A stretch of DNA of 24,000 nt from Acidobacteriota bacterium (GTDB lineage Bacteria; Acidobacteriota; UBA6911; RPQK01; JAPXNP01), in assembly GCA_030597245.1 (NCBI GenBank), contig JAUVSF010000012.1:3592-27591 (forward strand), written 5' to 3'. A model generated the notes under the pieces. That model did no database searches. It was not told the DNA's origin and saw only the letters and a list, made by a program, of their open reading frames with translations. Positions 16,094 to 22,890 of the stretch are shown piece by piece. Position 1 is the first letter of the stretch. Each line of letters starts with the position of its first letter. A program made the position numbers and the translations under genes.

Positions 16094-16939
16094 ATGTGGT
16101 TAGTGATTGCTTTCTTCGCTGGAGTGGTACTGGGAGTTGTCGCCTGTCTCTTCCTGGTCCTGTGGTACGCCATTCCCCACATGGAGCGCTTCTATGTTTT
16201 CAGACCGTCGCGGGATATTTTGAAGACTCCAGCCGATTACGGGATTCCTTATGATCAGTGCTTCATCGAGTCTGATGAAGGCGTCCGATTGTGCGCCTGG
16301 CATCTCCGGCCTGACAATCCAGTCGGGAGTCTGATCTACTTTCATGGGAATGGTGGGAACCTGGGTACCCTGAACGAGATCCTCGCCATGCTTTACCGTC
16401 AGAGACTTCAGGTACTGGCCGTGGATTACAGAGGGTATGGGTGGAGTACCGGTGCTCCCTCCGAGCAGGGGCTCTACACTGATGCGATCGCCACGGTTGA
16501 CTATTTCAACGCTAATTTCAGAGATCCCAAGTTGGGATTGGTTTACTGGGGGCGGTCGCTGGGCAGTTGTGTGGCTGCCTACGCCGCCCGGACCAGTCCT
16601 CCGGATGGACTTGTTCTCGAGACGGCCTTTCCGAGTAAGTCCTCCCTGCTTGAACACTACCCTCACTTGAAACCGTTTAAACCGTTTTCCCGATATCGCT
16701 TCAATACGGCAGAATACCTGGAGGGTCACCAGTTCCCGGTACTTCTACTCCATGGTGACAAAGATCGAACCGTGCCCCTCAAGCAGGGACAACAACTCTA
16801 TACCGCGCTTTCGCAGCCTAAGGAGTTCTGGTGTGTCCGGGGCGGCGGACACGTAGACATACATATGGTAGATACCGAGCGCTATCTACAGAAGATCGTA
16901 GGGTTCATCGAAGCCACGAAACCGCCGGTCATTCATTAG
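16094..16939 (+). CDS. membrane-anchored alpha/beta hydrolase (BEM46/ABHD-like)
   Basis: 281 aa. N-terminal TM helix MWLVIAFFAGVVLGVVACLFLVLWY, oxyanion region FHGNGGNLG, nucleophile GRSLGS, acid HGDKDRTVP, His in GGGHVD. Confidence 0.82.
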   Translation: MWLVIAFFAGVVLGVVACLFLVLWYAIPHMERFYVFRPSRDILKTPADYGIPYDQCFIESDEGVRLCAWHLRPDNPVGSLIYFHGNGGNLGTLNEILAMLYRQRLQVLAVDYRGYGWSTGAPSEQGLYTDAIATVDYFNANFRDPKLGLVYWGRSLGSCVAAYAARTSPPDGLVLETAFPSKSSLLEHYPHLKPFKPFSRYRFNTAEYLEGHQFPVLLLHGDKDRTVPLKQGQQLYTALSQPKEFWCVRGGGHVDIHMVDTERYLQKIVGFIEATKPPVIH

Positions 16940-16956
16940 CTGGGTTGCCATTTCCG

Positions 16957-16973
16957 GTCTGTGGAACAGACCC
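16957..16973. terminator. Hairpin in a convergent spacer (possible bidirectional terminator)
   Basis: GGTCTG-tggaa-CAGACC, a perfect 6-bp stem between convergent genes ending at 16939 (+) and 17024 (-). No clear U-tract. Confidence 0.3.
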
Positions 16974-17023
16974 GTAACTTCTGTCGCCGGCGAGTGCTTC
17001 CGAGGGCCGTGAATCCAACAACG

Positions 17024-17614
17024 TCAGGAACTTCGATAGACAGAAGCGTAGATATTCCGAAACGGGGTAACGCAGAAGTTTTCGACCAACGTCTTAGAGG
17101 CAACCGGTTTCGACGCAAGCTTTGGGAGAAGCCGCGCATTCAGTCGGAACGAAAGCCGCATGATATCCGCTTTTCCTTCGCGCACTTCCAGCGTAACAGC
17201 ATCCTCGAAATTCGAATCCAATTCGAAAACATCCTCGTACGAACGGTTCCTTAATTCGTATGGAGTAGGCAAGGATTCCTTTCCCGTCCGCAGATAATGA
17301 TCCTTCAGCCTGTTTTGGAATTCGTCGATGTTGAAGTTCTCGACCTTGTTGTTTACGCTGATCTCGATCAGCAACTCACCATCCAGCTGGAAGGAGCGGA
17401 GCCCGTAAGTGAAGTCAAGCTCGTCTTTGCTGAATTTGATTCGGTGCCCGTTCTCATCGTGAAATCTTTTCAGTTCCTCTTCCTGATCGAGGGAACTGTC
17501 TTCGGCCAGACGCTCGGAAGTGACGTAATAGCTCGAAACCCTTCCGTACCACTCGTCGATTATAAGGCCCAAAACGCTCTCAATGGCCTTTTGGACTTCT
17601 GTTTGGTCATCCAT
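17024..17614 (-). CDS. hypothetical protein, acidic, soluble, no recognisable family
   Basis: 196-aa ORF, the longest in this interval. The two plus-strand ORFs here (97 and 118 aa) have the L/V/F-rich look of antisense shadows. E/D/K-rich natural-looking sequence with no TM segment or signal peptide. No clear SD. Confidence 0.6.
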   Translation of the reverse strand: MDDQTEVQKAIESVLGLIIDEWYGRVSSYYVTSERLAEDSSLDQEEELKRFHDENGHRIKFSKDELDFTYGLRSFQLDGELLIEISVNNKVENFNIDEFQNRLKDHYLRTGKESLPTPYELRNRSYEDVFELDSNFEDAVTLEVREGKADIMRLSFRLNARLLPKLASKPVASKTLVENFCVTPFRNIYASVYRSS

Positions 17615-17688
17615 AAAGCTAATCCAAGGATTCTAGCAGTTTTTCCTGAGTAGTAAACAGGATTTGGCGTGTTAAACTAAAACCAGCT

Positions 17689-18450
17689 ATGAAGCTTGGG
17701 TCCGCGATCCTGATGGTTGCGGCAATCTCGTTGTTCGCTGCCTGTGGTCCGAAGACCATTCGCAAGCAGCCGGTGCCTCAGGAGGATGCGATAATGGCTG
17801 TTCGCCTGGTGGTTGCGGGCGATAAGTTGCTTGTGGAGGGTAAGGAGCATCTTGCGATGCTCAAGTATCTTAAAGCCAGCCAGCTGAATCCCTATCACGA
17901 AGTCATTTTCAATAAGCTCGCTGTCACATATTCCCAGCTCCGGATGTACCCTCAGGCAACCAGTGCGATCAACCGCTCCCTGGGCCTCAATTCAAAGTAT
18001 GCCTTCGCTTACAACACCAAAGGCATCATCCAGTTAGCCGAACATAGGCGTAATAGTGCCTACCGTTCGTTCATGAAAGCGATCGAACTGGACTCCTCGG
18101 TTGGATACTTCTACGTGAACCTGGGATACCTTCTGATTCAGCAAGGCAGAACTGAAGAAGCTCGAGCAGCTTATCGGAAAGGCCTCGAAGTAGACCCCGG
18201 ACTCTTTGACAGTGAAAACATGGTGGAGTTGTCGTACTCGACCGTGGAAGAACTGGGCCCGGAGAAGTACTTTGAACTGGCGCGCGTCTTTGCTGACTTG
18301 GGTAATCTCGATTACTGCCTTCGCTATTTGGGAAAGGCCTTTTCCGGAGGATTATCCGACTCTGCCAGAATCATGAATGATCCGGCATTCCAAGGATTCA
18401 TGGAGGACGAGAAATTTCTGGATTTTTTGAAGATTCACGGAGTGATTTGA
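17689..18450 (+). CDS. TPR-repeat lipoprotein
   Basis: 253 aa. Signal peptide with a lipobox-like sequence, MKLGSAILMVAAISLFAAC. Several 34-aa TPR-like repeats (e.g. AMLKYLKASQLNP, AYRSFMKAIELDS, ARAAYRKGLEVDP). Confidence 0.8.
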   Translation: MKLGSAILMVAAISLFAACGPKTIRKQPVPQEDAIMAVRLVVAGDKLLVEGKEHLAMLKYLKASQLNPYHEVIFNKLAVTYSQLRMYPQATSAINRSLGLNSKYAFAYNTKGIIQLAEHRRNSAYRSFMKAIELDSSVGYFYVNLGYLLIQQGRTEEARAAYRKGLEVDPGLFDSENMVELSYSTVEELGPEKYFELARVFADLGNLDYCLRYLGKAFSGGLSDSARIMNDPAFQGFMEDEKFLDFLKIHGVI

Positions 18451-18513
18451 GGCGATTTGCCCGCTGGTGAGAAATGCGGGTTAGAGACGTGGCTTTGGGT
18501 GGGAGGTGTGGGA

Positions 18514-19974
18514 ATGACAATTCCAGCAAAAGTGAAACAGCTTTCAGAGACGCTCTGGGAGATCGCGCCTTCGTACAAGGCGGGGATGAAGGTTCCAGCG
18601 CGGATCGTGGGAACCAGAAATCTTCTGGAAAGTATGGACGACGCAGTCTTCGATCAACTGACCAATGTTGCCACTCTCCCTGGAATCGTTGGGTACGCAT
18701 ACTGTATGCCTGATGGGCATTCTGGCTACGGTTTTCCGATAGGTGGAGTTGCTGCAACAGACCCCGCGCGAGGTGGTGTCATTTCCCCAGGGGGCATCGG
18801 ATTTGACATCAATTGCGGGATGCGTTTGATCCGCACGAACTTGACCCTCGAGGAAGTGGCTCCACGCATTAAGGAGTTGATCGATACGCTTTTCGAGTTG
18901 GTACCCTCAGGCGTAGGAAGCCGAGGAGCATTGAAGATCTCCAAACCACAGTTTCTCGAGCTTGTCGAGCAGGGTTCTCGCTGGTGTGTGAGACATGGAT
19001 ACGGGTGGCCCGAAGATTTGGAGCTTACGGAAGAAGTTGGATGTATTGAAGGTGCCGATGCTGCGAGTATCAGTAAGAAAGCCATTGACCGAGGTTTTAA
19101 TCAGGTAGGAACTCTGGGGTCCGGTAACCATTACCTGGAAGTCCAGGTAGTGCGGCCGGAGAATGTGTTTGACAGTAGCCTGGCTGCCAGGTTCGGGCTC
19201 AATGTGCCAAACCAGGTTGTTGTGATGTTTCATTGCGGAAGCCGTGGTTTCGGACATCAGGTGGCAACCGATTACTTGAGGCTGTTTTTGAGCGTCATGC
19301 GGAAGAAATACGGCATCGAGATGCGTGACCGGGAGTTGGCTTGTGCCCCGTTGCACTCTCCCGAAGGAACTGACTACTTCGCTGCCATGAAATGTGCACT
19401 GAATATGGCTTTTGCAAACCGTCAGATCATCTTGCACCACGTTCGGAAGGCCTTCTCGCGAGTGTTTAGCCGCTCCGCTGAGGAACTCGGTATGCACATG
19501 ATCTACGATGTTTCACACAACACGGCCAAACTGGAGAGACACCTCATTGATGACAGGGCGCTGGAGGTGTTAGTCCATCGAAAGGGGGCGCCTCGAGCAT
19601 TTGCTCGAGGGATGGAGGACCTCCCTCCAAGGTACAAGGATCTGGGGCAGCCTGTGATCATTGGCGGTAGCATGGAAACGGGTTCGTACCTTTTGTTGGG
19701 TAGTAGTGAAGGTCAAGAGACTTTCTTCAGTACCGCTCACGGAAGCGGACGTCGGATGAGCAGGACGAAGGCGCGGAAAATCTGGCAAGGCGACAAGCTG
19801 CTGCGTGAGTTGAAACATCGCGGTATTTACGTCCGAACCGCATCGCTCAGAGGGCTTGCCGAAGAGGCGGGTGGTGCGTACAAGGACATTGATGAGGTCG
19901 TCGAGGCCACGACGCGCGCCGGATTGAGCAAACCCGTGGCTCGATTCGTGCCTATAGGAAATGTCAAGGGATAA
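18514..19974 (+). CDS. rtcB: RNA 3'-phosphate/2',3'-cyclic phosphate ligase RtcB
   Basis: Starts at ATG 18514 (GGGAGG 7 nt upstream); the track's upstream extension is unlikely. Catalytic blocks are intact: GIGFDINCGMRL, GSGNHYLEVQ, HCGSRGFGHQ, SHNTAK, GGSM, and AHGSGR (guanylylated His). Confidence 0.95.
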   Translation: MTIPAKVKQLSETLWEIAPSYKAGMKVPARIVGTRNLLESMDDAVFDQLTNVATLPGIVGYAYCMPDGHSGYGFPIGGVAATDPARGGVISPGGIGFDINCGMRLIRTNLTLEEVAPRIKELIDTLFELVPSGVGSRGALKISKPQFLELVEQGSRWCVRHGYGWPEDLELTEEVGCIEGADAASISKKAIDRGFNQVGTLGSGNHYLEVQVVRPENVFDSSLAARFGLNVPNQVVVMFHCGSRGFGHQVATDYLRLFLSVMRKKYGIEMRDRELACAPLHSPEGTDYFAAMKCALNMAFANRQIILHHVRKAFSRVFSRSAEELGMHMIYDVSHNTAKLERHLIDDRALEVLVHRKGAPRAFARGMEDLPPRYKDLGQPVIIGGSMETGSYLLLGSSEGQETFFSTAHGSGRRMSRTKARKIWQGDKLLRELKHRGIYVRTASLRGLAEEAGGAYKDIDEVVEATTRAGLSKPVARFVPIGNVKG

Positions 19975-19977
19975 GCG

Positions 19978-20409
19978 ATGGCGTACCGTTTTCTGGATAG
20001 CGTTGCTATCGCTGATGTCGCCTTCGAGGCAACCGGGGAAGACCTAGCCGAACTGTTCGTAGCTGCCGGCGATGCTACGATCAACACGATGATCGATTCA
20101 GTAGATGGAATCCTGGCGAAGACCTCGCGCAAGATCCAGCTGAGTAATGGCGAACTGGATCTACTGCTCTTCGATTTTCTTCAGGAGTTGATTTATTACA
20201 AAGACGCCGACGGACTCCTGTTGAGAGTTCCCCGGGTGGAAATCGAGGAGCAGGGAGGCGAATTCAAGCTGATTGCCACAGGTTTCGGTGAAGAGATCGA
20301 TCCGACCCGGCATGAGCAGAGAGCCGATGTCAAAGCCGTCACGCTTCACCAGTTCAAGTTGGAGCAGACGAGTGAGGGGTGGAGGTGCTTTGTCATCCTC
20401 GATATCTGA
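19978..20409 (+). CDS. archease (RtcB activator)
   Basis: 143 aa, starting 3 nt after the rtcB stop. The N-terminal FLDSVAIADVAFEATG aligns with the archease ..HTADI.YE..G motif: the Asp is retained while His and Thr are replaced. C-terminal VKAVTLHQ matches the KAVTYH block. Confidence 0.8.
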   Translation: MAYRFLDSVAIADVAFEATGEDLAELFVAAGDATINTMIDSVDGILAKTSRKIQLSNGELDLLLFDFLQELIYYKDADGLLLRVPRVEIEEQGGEFKLIATGFGEEIDPTRHEQRADVKAVTLHQFKLEQTSEGWRCFVILDI

Positions 20410-20526
20410 TCCGCCTGCTTCCCTCCGCAGGTGGGGTAGCCAACTAGTGGAGGTACAGCGTGAAGCGCCGCCGGGCTGGAATCCCCGCGCTCCCTGTCTG
20501 GAACGAAACCGTGTGCAACCGGAAGA

Positions 20527-20645
20527 TAAGCTTCTAGCTTGTCACTTTGGAGACTGACAATTAAGTGACGACCTGGAAGGCCATCTTCCTTCCAGCGCTT
20601 TGTATTGCATGAAATAGGCGACGCGGGGAGGGTAAGCTTCCAGCT
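20527..20645. repeat. 14-nt direct repeat pair (TAAGCTTCNAGCTT), short AGCTTNN heptamer runs
   Basis: TAAGCTTCTAGCTT at 20527-20540 and TAAGCTTCCAGCTT at 20632-20645 (1 mismatch). They flank two hairpins. Confidence 0.6.
20573..20595 (+). terminator. Perfect 8-bp hairpin in the archease/SDR convergent spacer
   Basis: CTGGAAGG-ccatctt-CCTTCCAG, followed on the plus strand by CGCTTTGTATTG (moderately T-rich). It lies 164 nt after the archease stop, so it may be a distal terminator or part of a structured RNA. Confidence 0.35.
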
Positions 20646-20657
20646 TTTCATGACGGT

Positions 20658-21416
20658 CTAACCACACAACACAGATCCTCCGTTGACGTTCAATACTTCG
20701 CCCTGAACCTGGTCGGAAAGTGACGAGGCCAGGAAAAGGACCGGGCCTGCAATTTCGTCCGCGGTGGCTATTCGGCGTAAAGGAGTCATTTGCTCGATCT
20801 TCTCGCGCTCCTCTTGATTCTCCAAGATCTCCGCGCTCATATCCGTGGTGACCCATCCAGGAGCAACACAGTTGACATGGATGTTCCAGGGACCCAGTTC
20901 GGCGGCCAGAGATTTTGTGAATGAGATTAGGGCACCCTTGCTCGCTGCGTAGTGTGAGTAGTAGGCTTCACCTCTCTGCCCGGCGGTCGAGCTGATTAGA
21001 ATGATTTTCCCTCGCTTTCGAGGTTTCATCCCTCGCGCTGCAAGTTGGCAGGTTCGGAACGCCGACGTCAGGTTAACGTCGATAGTCTGACGCCACTCCT
21101 CCTCCGAGAGTTCTTCAATCGGACCTCGTCTCCAAATTCCTGCGTTAGCCACGACGATATCCACTCTCCCGAAGGTCTTCCCAGCACTGCTAAAGAGGTT
21201 CTCCAGGGTTTCCCGGTCGGCGATGTCACCCGACACGGTAATAGCTCTCCGGCCCAGCAGACGGATCTCCGCCAGAACTGACTCCGCTGCAGCATGATTG
21301 GCATTGTAGCCTATCGCGACATCGGCTCCAGCTTGCGCAAACTTAAGGCAGCAAGCCCGGCCGATTCCTCTTGAACCTCCAGTTACGAGTGCGATCTTGC
21401 CCGTTAGATCGATCAT
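20658..21416 (-). CDS. SDR family oxidoreductase (FabG-like 3-oxoacyl reductase)
   Basis: 252 aa. Cofactor motif TGGSRGIGRA, NAG motif VANAGI, catalytic YSHYAASK (YxxxK). Confidence 0.88.
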   Translation of the reverse strand: MIDLTGKIALVTGGSRGIGRACCLKFAQAGADVAIGYNANHAAAESVLAEIRLLGRRAITVSGDIADRETLENLFSSAGKTFGRVDIVVANAGIWRRGPIEELSEEEWRQTIDVNLTSAFRTCQLAARGMKPRKRGKIILISSTAGQRGEAYYSHYAASKGALISFTKSLAAELGPWNIHVNCVAPGWVTTDMSAEILENQEEREKIEQMTPLRRIATADEIAGPVLFLASSLSDQVQGEVLNVNGGSVLCG

Positions 21417-21496
21417 CTTTTGGCCGAACTTACAAGATTCGGCTGACAGATTGAGACGCTGTCAATCAGGTGCGTTGAGGTGCAGGGTTCCAAAGA

Positions 21497-22549
21497 TTGG
21501 CAGGGTGTTCTATCGTTTCCCTTGTGAGGCTATCGGAAGTCGATTACGAACTGCCATCCGACCTGATTGCGCAACGCCCGGTCGAAAAGAGGGACCACTC
21601 GCGATTGATGGTCGTAAGGCGGGACTCGGGAGAGATTGAGCACGCTCGGTTTTGTGACCTTCCTTTCTTCGTTGAACCGGATGATCTGTTGGTGCTCAAC
21701 AATAGCCGTGTCTTCCCCGCGCGCCTGTTCGGCATTAAAAAGGGAGGCACCGCCCGCATTGAGATTCTACTCTTGAATGAGATCGCTGAAGGACTCTGGG
21801 AGGCACTGGTGCGACCTGGGCGCAGGGCCCGCTCGGGCACACGGCTCACATTGGAACCTGGGCACGTTGAAGCTGAGATTCTGGAGTCGGATTCCTCGGA
21901 CAAGAGAAGGATTCGCTTTGAGTCAAAAGGAAATCTGCGAGACTGGATAGAACGTTGTGGCAACATCCCTCTCCCTCCATATATCAAGCGGCAGGGAGAG
22001 AGCGACAAACCTTTTGATCGAGAAAGGTATCAGACAGTCTACGCAAAGGAGTCTAACTCCGTTGCCGCTCCCACCGCCGGACTCCATTTCACGCCGAACT
22101 TACTCAGGAGGTTGCACTCTTGCGAAATCACGCTTCACGTGGGTTATGGAACCTTCAAGCCGGTCCAGGAAGTGGAGGTCGAGAATCATCGGATGGATCG
22201 AGAGCACTATTCGATTGGATCTAATGCTGTGGAGAAGATAGGGAAATGCTCCCAGTCAGGGAACAGGGTAATTGCTGTGGGAACTACTACGACCCGAACT
22301 CTTGAGCATGTTGCTCGGGTTCACGGCAAAGTAGTTGCGGATAGCGGTTGGACTGATCTGTTCATCTACCCTCCGTTTGACTTCCAGGCAGTCAATGGTC
22401 TCGTGACGAATTTTCATCTCCCGAAGTCCACGTTGCTCCTCCTGGTTTCGGCGTTTGGCGGAAAGGAGTTAATCCGGAGCGCTTATGAATTGGCGATTCG
22501 AGAAAGGTACCGGTTTTACAGTTACGGCGACGCAATGTTGCTGCTGTGA
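21497..22549 (+). CDS. queA: S-adenosylmethionine:tRNA ribosyltransferase-isomerase QueA
   Basis: LSEVDYELPSDLIAQRPVEKRDHSRLMVV, LPPYIKR, VAAPTAGLHFT, VGTTTTRTLE and TNFHLPKSTLLLLVSAFGG are all QueA blocks. The start is uncertain: TTG 21497 (track) or GTG 21524, which would give the usual M-RLSEVDYELP N-terminus. Confidence 0.9.
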   Translation: MAGCSIVSLVRLSEVDYELPSDLIAQRPVEKRDHSRLMVVRRDSGEIEHARFCDLPFFVEPDDLLVLNNSRVFPARLFGIKKGGTARIEILLLNEIAEGLWEALVRPGRRARSGTRLTLEPGHVEAEILESDSSDKRRIRFESKGNLRDWIERCGNIPLPPYIKRQGESDKPFDRERYQTVYAKESNSVAAPTAGLHFTPNLLRRLHSCEITLHVGYGTFKPVQEVEVENHRMDREHYSIGSNAVEKIGKCSQSGNRVIAVGTTTTRTLEHVARVHGKVVADSGWTDLFIYPPFDFQAVNGLVTNFHLPKSTLLLLVSAFGGKELIRSAYELAIRERYRFYSYGDAMLLL

Positions 22550-22588
22550 GAAGTAGACAAAGAGACGTGCTGCGCAAGAGGGCCCTGG

Positions 22589-22787
22589 CCAAGCTCGAAA
22601 TTCGAATTTCAGTTCACGCATAGTCCGCAAAGTTCACTGAGGGTTTAACAAAAGACAAGCCCGCGCTGAGATAGCCAAACTCCCCTTTGCGCTCTCTGCG
22701 TTCTTTGCGTGAAACACCTTGGCGCCTTTGCGTGAGGCCGTTTTCGATTTACGGTTTCCGATTCTCGGATTTCGAGCTTCGAGCTTG
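22589..22787. repeat. ~200-bp imperfect fold-back element made of heptamer units (GCTCGAA / TTCGAGC family, CTTTGCG / CGCAAAG words, NNTTNCG x7)
   Basis: The left end CCAAGCTCGAAATTCGAATTTC (22589-22610) is the near reverse complement of the right end GGATTTCGAGCTTCGAGCTTGG (22767-22787). Inner TTCACGCA..CGCAAAG pairs with CTTTGCGTGAA. Right arm in register 7: GTTTTCG ATTTACG GTTTCCG ATTCTCG GATTTCG AGCTTCG AGCTTGG (22739-22787). Confidence 0.75.
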
Positions 22788-22815
22788 GGCTGTTGCGGTT
22801 TGAGCACCAGACCCC

Positions 22816-22865
22816 AAAAAGGGGACCTTCACCTCCGACAAGCCCGTCGAGGATTCGGTCCCCTT
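22816..22865 (-). terminator. Rho-independent terminator of the 60-aa ORF
   Basis: Minus strand: AAGGGGACC-gaat-CCTCGAC-gggctt-GTCGGAGG-tgaa-GGTCCCCTT, followed by TTTGGGG. This gives a U5 run after the GGGGACC/GGTCCCC stem. It starts 25 nt after the stop at 22891. Confidence 0.65.
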
Positions 22866-22890
22866 AAACTTCTAAATTTCAGCAGAGTTA

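Noticed and set aside
17205-17230. ATTCGAATCC, resembling a tRNA T-loop
   Set aside because: No complementary T-stem, acceptor arm or anticodon arm can be drawn, and the sequence lies inside the 196-aa CDS. TTCGAA words are generally common in this window.
20474-20495. GGGCTGGAATCCCCGCG as a tRNA-like or Y-RNA-like T-arm next to rtcB
   Set aside because: Only a 4-bp stem with an 8-nt loop can be formed. The flanks do not give a cloverleaf or a Y-RNA stem on either strand.
20346-20651. 101-aa minus-strand ORF spanning the archease/SDR spacer
   Set aside because: It overlaps the archease 3' end by 64 nt, has no SD, and has an implausible composition. The region is better explained as structured non-coding sequence.
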